From NCBI RefSeq assembly GCF_020745735.1, contig NW_026867476.1, forward strand, positions 3,020,427 to 3,084,426: a DNA stretch of 64,000 nt. Reading direction: 5' to 3'. Positions within the stretch are counted from its first letter, which is position 1; each line of letters starts with the position of its first letter. Of this stretch, positions 10,596 through 21,499 are shown in pieces. This DNA comes from Hemiscyllium ocellatum (taxonomy: Eukaryota). The translations under genes and the position numbers were made by a program. Under the pieces are notes generated by a model. It was not told the DNA's origin, did no database searches, and saw only the letters and a list, made by a program, of their open reading frames with translations.

Positions 10596-11299
10596 GGTGA
10601 AGTAAACGAGAAACAGCGAAACCCAGGATCTCAACATATTTACATATACACATATCTCGTGACTCAAGCTCGACGTGATAAACACTCAAACATTCATGCA
10701 CTAACGAACAGATGACTTTCAGCCAGAAACACAACAAAATGTAATAGCTTCCGTTCTCTCTCTGTAGGTCCTCACACACAGCCAGTCTCTCTCTCTCTGT
10801 CTATGTCTGCCTGTCACTGTCTCCTGTGTCTGCGCATCGGAGCTCATAGCGACCTCCCCTCGACCACCAGGTCTTCAAGTGCTAATTCTTTTCCCCAACT
10901 ATCTCCACTCGCAGTCTCCAGTACTGCTGGGCAGTCCCCATGTGGCAGATCTTCCCCCCCTGTCTTTTTCCCGGAGGTCACTGCTCTACATATGGACTTG
11001 TTCAGGGTCGGTTGTCAGTAATATTTTAATTCTTTCAAGCACATCCCTGTGTCTGGGCGCATCTGCCCCCGGAGCTCCCACTCCCTACCTACCGTTTTTC
11101 AATGCGGCCCTACGCGCCGTATAGCCCCCACGAACAATCTCAGCGCAATACAGTCTACTTACTGTCTCAACGTCCTGAAACTCACTCTCAAGTTACCCAT
11201 ATTAATTCACATCTACCCTCAGAGTTTCTGTTCCCCCCTGCCTTATCAGCAGCCTATTTCTTTGTACATCTGTTCAGGAGCCACTGCTCCCCTGCCTCA

Positions 11300-11830
11300 C
11301 TGGCAGCCTATTTTTCCTTCTGGGTCCCACTTAACCCTGTCCGGAGCCTCCTCTGTTAGCTGCAGGTATAGTCTTTTTGTAAGAGTAGCATAATTATATG
11401 TCCAGAATCTGCAATAACCTAGCAAACCCAGGAACTTTCGGAGTTCCCTCTTAATTCGGGGTAGTCCTAATTCTACAATTCCCTTTACTCTTTCAGGGCT
11501 TATTCTCTTCTGCCCTTGACTGATCAAATGCTCTAAATATCTTACTTCCCGTTCCACATACTGTAGTTTGTTCTGACTAACTCGCAATCCCTTCACTGCA
11601 AGGTAGTTTAATAAATCATTGGTTCCCTGCTGTGTGTCAGTTTGGGTGGGACCGGACAACAGGAGGTCGTCCACATACTGAATTAACTTTAAAGTTGGTC
11701 TTAAAGTCAAGCCCTCAAGAACTTGTTCTAGGATCTGTCCAAACAAGTTTGGTGACTCGGTAAAACCTTCAGCTAAGACAGTCCACCTATACTGCTGTTT
11801 TCTCCCAGTATCAGGGTCCTCCTTAAGTTC
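11300..11830 (-). pseudogene. pol: Reverse transcriptase fragment
   Basis: QYRWTVLAEGFTESPNLF...LIQYVDDLLLSG...LRKFLGLLGYCRFW; protease, RT N-terminus, RNase H and IN core were not found. Confidence 0.9.
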
Positions 11831-12199
11831 TAATAAAATCATATCATGAGAAAAAAAATAACGTTGAGCATTCATAAAATTACAATCAAAAATAGCGCAC
11901 TGAATCAAATGACAAACAACAAGTTTCACACATAAAACCATTAACAAACAGATGAATTCAAGCCAGAGCACAAAGTGTTAAACTGCTTGTTAGCTGAGAA
12001 GCCTTTTTAAAAAAAAAATCCATACACAAACACAAATTCTCACATCCACAGAGACTTTTTTTACAATCAAATTTACACACACAAAGACACACATAAATCT
12101 TCACCAACACAAAATTCCTATCGGGGGCCGGCCCACAAAGACATAAATATTCAGATTTAGATAACCACCTTATTTATCCGACTCCTTTTGTCTTTCATA

Positions 12200-12862
12200 C
12201 AGTCCTCCCTTACTACTGACTTTCTGAACCTCCTGTAACAACTCCGACTCATTTCTACCGTTCCCGTCCTCTATCTTCTGTAACCTTTACCATCCGTCAT
12301 CCTATTTCCCCATCTGGGTCTATACCCGAACATTTCCTAACCGACTCCCTTAACCTGTGTAAGAATGCACAGGGAGACTCGTCCTTTCCCTGCCTCAGGT
12401 CGAAAACCTTGGCTAAATTTTGTTGTTTGGGGATGCAAGTTTGTATCCCTTGGATTATCAAATTTTGCATGTCTAACATATTATTCCACCCTTCTATATT
12501 GTGGTGGTCCCAGTTAGGGTTCTGAAGGGGATATTTGACTTCACCCCTAACCATCCCCCTCTCATGCCAAATTGTCCGGCAAGCTTAATACCGGCACTGC
12601 TACTAGTTTTTTTTTAATCTCAATTAACACTTTCCTTATCCAGTATCCCCATATAAGTCTCCTTTCTCCCCAGTAAATAGTATATTCAAAAATAGACATT
12701 AACTCAGCCCACATATACAGACTGGGCCTCAAAAATTAATTTGTTCTGACAATCCTATCGGATTCTCATCCAGGACCGTCATTTCCTTCTAAATGTTCCG
12801 ACCTCCCCACTGGTGAGGGGGTCACACACAAACCCAATCTCCTTGTCCCCTATCGGCACTTT
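12200..12862 (-). pseudogene. gag: gag capsid remnant (second, divergent gag segment)
   Basis: KVPIGDKEIGFVCDPLTSGEV / EMTVLDENPIGLSEQ (frameshifted) and MHR-like LRQGKDESPCAFLHRLRESVRK. Confidence 0.75.
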
Positions 12863-13529
12863 AGTCGATATGTTCTTCCTTTTTTTAAGAAATATTGCAA
12901 TGTTCCTAGCTTCTCATATCCTCAAACACCAATTTATTAATTCTTGCTTGACTAACTTTAAAGCCTGTTCCTAACTTGTAAACATATTTATATATTTACG
13001 TCCATTTATTCAGTATTTAATATTTAAAATGTAAAATGTAAAATGTTCCCAATTTTGAAATCCACTGTATTCACCCAGATTTAGTACTCTAATTTAGATC
13101 CAAAATTAGTTTTCTGATGTACTCCTGACCAATTATTTCTCAATTACAATACTTTAGGTCGTAAAATAATCAGAGGTGTCTTACAATAATTTGTCAATTC
13201 AAGTTTAAAAAAAAATTCTAATGGCCGAATCCAAGGTCTCAGATAATAACCATGGAAGTTATTGTCTTTTTTTTCCCGACAGTCTACTGTTGAACTGAAA
13301 CTACAACTGTCCTTCACATATTGAAAATAAATCATGTTAAGTTTACATAAAGATCACATTTAAAACAATCCTGGAACTCAAGCTCCAGTGAATAAAACTT
13401 CCTCATTCAATCACCAACAAACCAATGTGCATTCAAACCAAATCACAGAGGGTTAAATGTTTTGCGAGCAGTTCTCGCACTCTCTCTCTCTCTGTCGGTC
13501 TTACTGCAAGCTGCTGGTAAAAAATAAAC

Positions 13530-14202
13530 TTCAGTTGTCTTATATCATTTGAGTTTAATGGGGCTACAACAAATCCTGTGGTCCGTTCCCCAAACGGGAC
13601 CTCCCGTAGGGGACACAGTCTCACTACTTCTTTATCACCTTTTCCCCTCATCTCTCTCTCCTTTAGTCGTGCAGATCTCCTTACCCTCTCAGCCCCTGCT
13701 GCTGTGGCTTCTACGTCCCCTTCGCCAGATCCCCTGGATCCCGCTCCCTGATTCTCCAACGGCCGCTGCCGTTGTTCCTCCTGAAGAGCATATGGCGGGG
13801 GTGCCACAGGCGGGGGTAAGTTCTCTAACACTTCCCACTTACTCTCATTCAGTGGGGTTAAAGGATATAAGGGTACTGGGGTTGGAGCAGTTGCTGTCAG
13901 GTTCCTTACCCAACATGCAGCATACTCGCTCTCTTTTAAACCTGGATACTGTTTATTCTTTACATAATCATTTAAAATTTGACAAACCCAATCCTCGTCC
14001 GATCCAAATTTTGGCCAGATCACTGATGGCGGACGGGATGGGTTCTTTTACCCAAACAAAACAACAGTATTTTATCATTTCCTAAGCCCCGACTTTCGTA
14101 GGGACTCCAATTCCCCAATTTTCGTCCCAGCGGACTATTAAGGGGAATCTGTGGGGTTTCGTTTTCCCGTTCCTTTTTAGACCTGGAATCTCGGCCACCC
14201 AT
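13530..14202 (-). pseudogene. gag: gag matrix, late domain and capsid start
   Basis: MGGRDS (myristoylation-type start), WPKFGSDEDWVCQ, PPPY late domain, EVPFGERTTGFVVAPLNS; frameshift near 14100. Confidence 0.85.
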
Positions 14203-14511
14203 GGTTGGTCTTCAGGCTGACCTACACTCTGGTTACTCAATTAACCCCGGTTACCTGTCACAACCACCGAGTCGACAAGGCAGTGTACCCTTCCCTAGTG
14301 TGAAAGCCCCAAAATACCAGAGAAGGTTCTTACCTTGATCCTGTGCACGGAGTTGTCCGACTCAAAGTAAAAAATCACCTTTTTACTTTTTGAAGCTTCA
14401 ACCTTTTTACTTTATTGCGAGCGCCACCTATTCACATCGTTTGCTCAAACATCTGTGTGTGTCACAGTGTCCCAGAATCATTCAGAGCCTCCCGTGGGAG
14501 TTCTGTTTAGG

Positions 14512-14531
14512 ATCCCGGACACGAGCCCCCA
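14512..14531 (-). promoter_or_regulatory. Primer binding site, tRNA-Pro (with 2-nt insertion)
   Basis: TGGGGGCTCGTGTCCGGGAT versus the canonical PBS-Pro TGGGGGCTCGTCCGGGAT; 4 nt from the 5' LTR end. Confidence 0.9.
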
Positions 14532-14535
14532 AATT

Positions 14536-15429
14536 TGTTATAAGTGATTTCTGTCTAGGCTTTCTGAATCTCCGGAGAATAGTTCCTGACACTTGGCTAA
14601 CTATTCTAACTCTAGGGATCTGATTCAGAACAACCGGGTCCTGCCTCCGAACTCTGCCAACCGCGGACTGTCCTTTAACCCTTGTGTCAAGGGAGACTGT
14701 CCGCAAGGTTAAGTTCAAAAAGGCGAACTCCAAGTTGACTGGTATCAGCCCTTATCCCCACCGGCTGTCACTTTTTTCCCGTGGCAAATCGAAATACTGC
14801 GAGACACACACAAACGGAGCAACAGATGTTTATTCAATCTTCGAAGATTGGGCGAGTTCCAAAAGGGACTTCGGAAGTCGCAACGGGAGATTTTACAGCG
14901 CTAATACTTATACATTATTTTTCCATTCAAATACATTGGTGATAATTTCATTGGTTTAAACATCTCACGCTATGGAGTTTTCTTACATTAAAAATCATTA
15001 ATGACAATTCCATTGGTTAAAGCATTTCACGCTTTTCTCTGCCAATTTCTTTAATTAAAATGTTATATTATTTTACAATTTCTGCTACTAGTTATAACAT
15101 TTATTGATGTCATGAAAAGAGCTTTCATTGTATTTTGCCCTCTGTGTCTAACTGAAGCATTCCTTGGTTTCTTGCCCAAGGTTACCATGTTCCTGGCATA
15201 ACAGAGGTGACTTCTAGTTCATGCTTCATTATGGCCTAGTCGATCATTAGTTTCATAATTTAGCTTTTATTCATTAAACCTCAGTTTTAGTACAGTGAGT
15301 GTGTGTGTAGGTGTGTGAGTGAGTGTGTGTGTGTATGTATGTGTGTGAGAGTGTGTGTGTGTAGGTGTGTGTATGTGTGAGGTGTGTGTGTGAATGCATG
15401 AAACTGCAGAAATTACATTAACCATATCA
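14536..15429 (-). repeat. 5' LTR (894 bp)
   Basis: Near-identical to 7545-8401 except for a longer (GT)n tract and about 4 small differences. Confidence 0.95.
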
Positions 15430-16589
15430 GGACTGATTTGGGATGAGATATCTGGTTGGCATGGACGGGTTGGACCGAAGTGTCTGTTTCCATGTTGTAC
15501 ATCTCTATGACTCTAAGACTCCACCCTGGACTCTGGGAGAAACTTTGAGCTCCCGGAGGAAGCCCACGCAGACGCAGGAGAATGTGCACAATCGCCTGAG
15601 AGTGGGATCAAACCTGGGGCCCTGGTGCTGTGAGTGGCAGTGCTGAGCTACTGTGATGCCTTAGGTGGCTAAGGTGGTGGATAGGGGAATGTCTATGTAT
15701 GTTGTATATGTGGACATCTGGAAGGCATTTGATAAAGTCTCTGAGAGGCTGCTAACTTAGGTCCAAGCCCACAAAACTGAGAACAAATTACTGGCAGGGT
15801 TGTGAAACTGGTTGACAACCCGAAACAGGGAGAATGGGTAGGTCCTCATTGTCAGGATGTGACCAATGTTCCCGCAGAAAAGTTGCCAACATCATCAAAG
15901 TCCCCTCCCACTCCCACTGCTCTCTTACAACCTCTTCGGTCAGGCAGAAGATACAGGATCTTGAACGCACAGGCCAACAGGTTCAGAAACTGTTATTAGA
16001 CTGATGAATATACTCAATGTATACATAGAATGATCTGCCAGATAAACGGTGAAGGTTGGTACAATTACAACATTAAAAAGGCATCTGGATGAGTGTACGA
16101 CTTAGCAAGTGTTGAGAGGGATATGGGACAAGTGCAGGCAAATGGGACCAGATTTATCCAGAATATCTGGTCAGCATGAACGAGTTAGACCAAAGGATCT
16201 GTTTGCATTTTGGACATCTGTGACTCTCTGTCCAATGCCCACTTACCATCCCCTTCAGTAATAGTATAATTAGAAATATGTGACATAGCTACAACACAAT
16301 ATTACAACAAATAATTATAATTGAATCTTGGAGAACCACGAATAGCACATTGAATGTTTAACCATTGAATAACACTAGACATATCTCCGACTCTTCTCAA
16401 GTTCCAAGTCCTGATAAATGCCACGAGGATCTGAAAACCTTGTGAGCGAGAATCTCAAACCACTTCCCTTGCATTAATACTCTCCGCCTGTAGTTACTAC
16501 AAATGAACAGTGTTTCCTCCCAGGATGAGGAATGGAAAAGGGGGAGACATCACTTTGCTCCCAGATGTTGCCCAGAGGGAGGGAACTGA

Positions 16590-17155
16590 CAGGGCTACAT
16601 CCGCATTGTGACGTCAACGGTAAGGGGCGGGGACTTCATGGAGCCGGCCAGTGACGAGCCCGTGTACCAAACTGCTGGTCTCCAAATGTCCAATCGCCCT
16701 TGCGTCACACAAGACCATTGTGAGCCAATTGCCGATCCTCGGAGGACCGGAAGTAGTCTGGGGTCCTCCTGCCAATCAGAGCCATCCATTGCTCGAATGC
16801 GGAAGTTGGACCATGAGCTTCTGGTAAAAAGTGAGGTCTGCAGACGCTGGAGATCACAGTTGAAAATGTGTTGCTGGTTAAAGCACAGCAGGTCAGGCAG
16901 CATCCAAGGAACAGGAAATTTGACGTTTCGGGCATAAGCCCTTCATCAGGAATGAGGAGAGGGTGCCAGGCAGGCTAAGATAAAAGGTAGGGAGGAGGGA
17001 CTTGGGGGAGGGGCGATGGAGATGTGATAGGTGGAAGGAGGTCAAGGTGAGGGTGATAGAGCTTCTGCTGCTGCTGCTGCTCATCTCTCTCTCTCTCTCT
17101 GAATGAAGATTGAGCGACAACCCAGACTGCAACTTCCTATCTCTGTCCAACATCG
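16590..17155 (+). promoter_or_regulatory. Promoter and non-coding exon 1 of ZNF gene 2 (cassette copy 2)
   Basis: CRE TGACGTCA (~16609-16616), GC box GGGGCGGGG, three CCAAT, CCGGAAGT; GCGGAAGTTGGACCATGAGC; donor G|GTGAG at 17156; acceptor TTTTACAG|GAT at 18574. Confidence 0.75.
16824..17058 (-). mobile_element. PLE terminal-repeat fragment with hammerhead motif (16918-16953) inside exon 1
   Basis: TSD GAGCTTCTG at 16815-16823 and 17059-17067; reverse strand CTGATGA-A-GGGCTTATGCCC-GAAA-C-GTC. Confidence 0.8.
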
Positions 17156-17264
17156 GTGAGCACAGCACTCTCTGTTCTCATCCTGGGCTTAAAATGCTCA
17201 TTTTCATGAATTGAAAGCAAATGAATAGAGGGAGAGGGCAGACTCGGACGGTTGACTTAGTCTT

Positions 17265-17368
17265 CTTGCCCCTTCCTGATGAAGGGCTTTTACCCGAAAC
17301 GACGATTTTCCTGCTCCTCCGATGCTGCCTGACCTGCTGTGCTTTTCCAGCACCACTCTGATCTAAAC
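17265..17368 (+). mobile_element. PLE terminal-repeat fragment with degenerate hammerhead
   Basis: CTGATGAAGGGCTTTTACCCGAAACGAC (cleavage triplet GTC>GAC), then gatgctgcctgacctgctgtgc. Confidence 0.65.
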
Positions 17369-18921
17369 AACGGTTGATTTGGTCTCTCTATTGTAGACAT
17401 TGACAGACTTCGCTTCCTTAACTTGATCGATTCATTTGTTTGGTTAATGCTGGCAAGGAAAGGGCTGTCTTCCCCAGGAGATGGTTAACATTTAACAGGA
17501 TGGCATATGATGACTAGCTGCTTGACAGTACAGTTGTAGAGTCATAGTCATACACCATGGAAACAGAATCTTCAATCCAACCAGTCCAAGCTCAACATGA
17601 TCCCAAACTAACTCGTCCCCACCTGCATGCTCCTGGCCTTTATACCTCCAATCCTTTCCTAATCACTCCCCTATCCAAATTACTTGTAAATGTTGCAGTT
17701 GCAGTTGTACCCGTATCCACCTTTTCCTTGGGAATTTCAAACCACATGCGAACCATCTATGTTTTTAAAAAACCTTTTAAAATGTGCCACCCAGTCTTCA
17801 AATGCCTCATTCTAGGGAAGAGAAAGACCCATCAACTGCATCTGTACCTCTCATTATTTTATAAACTTCTGTCAGGTGCCCGCTAATCTCCTATGCTCCA
17901 GTGAAACTCCTTTCCTTATGGCAGATGAGTCTCTAGTCCTTGGGTTTAGATGACTGAGAGGTGACCTTTTCTAAACCAATAGAATTCTGAGGGGGACTTG
18001 TCAGGACAGATTTGGTTAAAATACTTCTTTGTTAGAGAATCTCGAACTCACTGACACAGATTACAAATAAGGGCTCTCCCATAATCCAATGGAAATGAGC
18101 AATTTATTCTCTCTCTTGTTAGCTTGTGGAATGCTCCCCCACAAAGAGTAATGGAGACTGGTTCATGGAAAGTATTCAAGGCTGAATTGAACATAGTTTT
18201 GAGTGACAGGGTATGGAGAACAGGTAGGAAATGGAGATAGGGCCACAGCAGACCAGACATGATCTCATGGAATTGCAGAGCAAGCCCCATGAGCTGAATG
18301 GCCCAATCCTGGTCCAATCTCTTACAACCTGTGTTCAGGGCCGAAAGAAGCAAACAAAGAACCGTCAGTCGACATTTTTCAGTATTTTTAGGAGAATTTG
18401 GAGTGGGGCAGTAATAGGAACAGCAGAGTGAGGATGGAGGGAAACCGTGGTGTTGAGATCCACAATTTTTGGGGAAGGAGAGGAGAAAGAACGTTCCACA
18501 GGAACCAGAACTGTCTGTTTTGGAATTTGTATCCTATGTAGGCAATTTCTATCTTGTGCAATCTTCTTTTACAGGATACGAGAAAGGAAGGAACTACAGC
18601 CAGAAATCTCAAAACAAGATCTGATAGAGACAATCAATTCATTGGCACGGGAATATCATCAGCCTTTGAATCTTGCAGGATATTTTAATTCTCTTCTGTC
18701 CTGCCTGCTTTGAAAGGTTTCAAATATCAGTGAGACTGAGGCACACAGACCTGAGTGAGAGTGTCCCAGTGAACTGACTGTGGGAAGAGCTTCAATCGGT
18801 TACGCAGTCTGACATAGCAATACCCCATTCGCAGCAGCAAGAGATAGAACACATTGTGTGTGTGTGTGAGTGGTCTTTCAACTGATTGTCGAAGCTGGAG
18901 AGAGACGAGGATTCCCAGGTG

Positions 18922-20019
18922 ATGGAGAAACCGTGGAAATGTGGGGACTGTGGGAAGGAATTTGAATTGCTGTCATTGCTTGAATGCCATCGGCGCGGTC
19001 ACACCGGGGAGAGACCGTTCGCCTGCTCTGTGTGTGGGAAGGGCTTCACCAACTCGTCCACCCTGCATAGACACCAGCGGGTCCACACTGGGGAGAAGCC
19101 ATTCACCTGCTCCGTGTGCGGGAAGGGATTCAGTCAGATCGGCCATTTGCAGTCACACCAGCGGATCCACACGGGGGAGAAGCCGTTCATCTGCTCAGTG
19201 TGCGGGAAGGGGTTCACGCGAATGGGCAACCTGCAGACGCACCAGCGGGTCCACACGGGAGAGAAGCCATTCACCTGCTCTGAGTGTGGGAAGGGGTTCA
19301 CTCAGTCATCTAAACTGCTGACCCACCAGTGGGTACACAGTGGGGAGAGACCTTTCCCCTGCTCTGTGTGCAGGAAGGGCTTCACCAATTCATCCGCCCT
19401 GTGGAAACACCAGCTTGTCCACACCAGGGAGAGACCATTCAACTGCTCCATATGCGGGAGGGGATTCACTAATTCATCCGACCTGCTGATGCACCAGCAC
19501 CTCCACACCGGGGAGTGGCCGTTCACGTGCTCTGAGTGCGGGAAGGGGTTCACCCGTTCATTTGCCCTGCGGAGACACCAACGGGTCCACACCAGGGAGA
19601 GGCCATTCACCTGCTCTGTCTGCAGGAAGGGGTTCACTCAGTTCTCCAACCTGCAGAAGCACCAGTGGGTCCACGGCGGGGAGAGGCCGTTCACCTGCTC
19701 AGTGTGTGGGAAGGGGTTCACTAATTCGTCCGATCTGCTGACACACCAGCACCTCCACACCGGGGAGTGGCCGTTCACGTGTTCCGTGTGCAGGAAGGGC
19801 TTCACCCATTCATCTGCCCTGCAGAAACACCAGCGGGTCCACACCAGGGAGAGGCCGTTCACCTGCTCCGTGTGCGGGAAGGGGTTCACTCAGTCCTCCA
19901 ACCTGCAGAGACACCAGCGGGTCCACACCGGGGAGAGGCCATTCACCTGCTCCATGTGCGGGAAGGGGTTCACTCAGTCCTCCGTCCTGCAGAAACACCA
20001 GCGGGTCCACAGGAGATGA
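18922..20019 (+). CDS. C2H2 zinc-finger protein, 13 fingers, no recognisable effector domain
   Basis: ATG at 18922, [12 protein letters not shown]; 13 tandem fingers with TGE(K/R)PF linkers; uninterrupted ORF; GC/CpG-rich relative to the flanks. Confidence 0.9.
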   Translation: MEKPWKCGDCGKEFELLSLLECHRRGHTGERPFACSVCGKGFTNSSTLHRHQRVHTGEKPFTCSVCGKGFSQIGHLQSHQRIHTGEKPFICSVCGKGFTRMGNLQTHQRVHTGEKPFTCSECGKGFTQSSKLLTHQWVHSGERPFPCSVCRKGFTNSSALWKHQLVHTRERPFNCSICGRGFTNSSDLLMHQHLHTGEWPFTCSECGKGFTRSFALRRHQRVHTRERPFTCSVCRKGFTQFSNLQKHQWVHGGERPFTCSVCGKGFTNSSDLLTHQHLHTGEWPFTCSVCRKGFTHSSALQKHQRVHTRERPFTCSVCGKGFTQSSNLQRHQRVHTGERPFTCSMCGKGFTQSSVLQKHQRVHRR

Positions 20020-20180
20020 CATTGCACCTGATGTGGGCTCCTCTACATCGGGGAGACAGGGCGCCGCCTTGCGAGTCATTTTAGACATCTCTTGGACACT
20101 CGCACCCACCAACCCCACCGCCCCGTGGCTGAACACTTCAACTCCCCCTCCCAGTCTGTCAAGGACATGTAGATCCTGGC
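20020..20180 (+). mobile_element. PLE GIY-YIG endonuclease fragment
   Basis: Translates HCT*CGLLYIGETGRRLAS..HQPHRPVAEHFNSPS. Confidence 0.75.
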
Positions 20181-20430
20181 TACAGGACGTCTCTGTAGGA
20201 GTTCCTTAGGGTAGTGTCCGAGGCCCAACCGTCTTCAGCTGCTTCATCAATGACCTTCCTCCATCATAAGGTCAGAAGTGGAAATATTCACCAATAGTTG
20301 CACAATATTGAGCACTATTCATAACTCCTCACATACTGAAAGAGTTCAGTTTCAAATGCAACACAATCTTAACAAGATCCAATTGGCTGATGAGTAGCAA
20401 GTAACATACATCCAAGCAATGACTCATCCC

Positions 20431-21114
20431 TGTTATGAAGATGTGGGTGTACTTTGTACTTTAACTTTGAGAGTTAAAAGGCCGCAGGACTACCTGACAG
20501 CCTCAAGCATTCCGAATAAAGTAACAATGTCATACTTGGTTGAAACTGAGATTAGCTGGGTTGCCTGGAAGCAACAAATCAGATTTGAATTAAGCCAATT
20601 ACACTCCAAAAAATACCAAACCCCAATCAAGTTTGAATTTAGTATATTGAAAATCTTAAAAGCCAATGACACAATCCAATTCTTTGGGGGCATAAGACCA
20701 GGGAAATTGCCAAGCTAACGACATTTGCAGACTGCCTGGAGAATACCTCTCTTAAAGGTACCTTTATCAATTCGTGACCTGTGAAGCAGAATCTCCAAGA
20801 AGAAGAAAAGAAGACACAGGAAGATCCAAATAGAACAGTTGGCTGGTTTTAAAAACTTGAATTTTTGGTAAATCTCAATTGAGATGTTTTATTGGATAAG
20901 TACTATAGAAGGGAAGGTAAAAAACAGACTAGAAGAAGAAGTTGTAAATAGTTGTTTGTTAATGATTCTCTGTTATACCTTAAGAAATAAAATGGTTAAT
21001 TTTTCCTTTAAATAGTTTTTGGCCTCTTGAATTTTCACAGATTACAGTATGGGATAATTTTTTTCTGTGTTGCTGGTTTAAATTAAGCAGGAGGGTTTAA
21101 CCAGTATCATAACA
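20431..21114. mobile_element. Solo LTR (684 bp)
   Basis: Terminal inverted repeat TGTTATGA...TCATAACA; 4-bp TSD TCCC (20427-20430, 21115-21118); sits inside an older LINE fragment. Confidence 0.8.
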
Positions 21115-21499
21115 TCCCAAAAGAGATCATCTGACCACTGCCCTGTGACATTCATTGGTGTTACTGGCACCAAATACCCCACTATCAACATCTTTGGAGT
21201 TTACCATTGAGGAGAAACTCAACTGGACTCACCAAAGTGACCACAAGAGCAGGTCAGAGGCGAGGAATACTGTGGCAAGTAACTCACCTCCTGACTCCCC
21301 AAAATCTGTCCATCTTCTACAAGGCACAAGTCAGCAGTGTGACAAAATACTCTCCCACTAGTTTAGATGGATGCAACTTCAACAGCGCTCAAAAAGCTTG
21401 ATATCATCCAGGACAAAGTAGCCTGCTTGATTGATACCATATCCCACATGCACCCACTCCCTCTGCCACCACTGTTCAGAAGCAGTAGTGTACCATCTA

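Larger units (their letters stand above)
7545..15429 (-). mobile_element. Class I (epsilon-like) endogenous retrovirus, defective, recently inserted
   Basis: Two ~0.87-kb LTRs with TG...CA termini; 4-bp TSD GGAC (7541-7544, 15430-15433); PBS-Pro; PPT; gag, RT (YVDD), IN and gamma-type env remnants on the - strand. Confidence 0.95.

Noticed and set aside
13549-14085. 178-aa ORF antisense to gag
   Set aside because: Low-complexity shadow of the Pro/Gly-rich gag region with a non-ATG start; no supporting evidence.
18922-20019. 84-bp periodic repeats resembling a CRISPR-like array
   Set aside because: They are in-frame C2H2 finger units in eukaryotic DNA; no spacers or cas genes.
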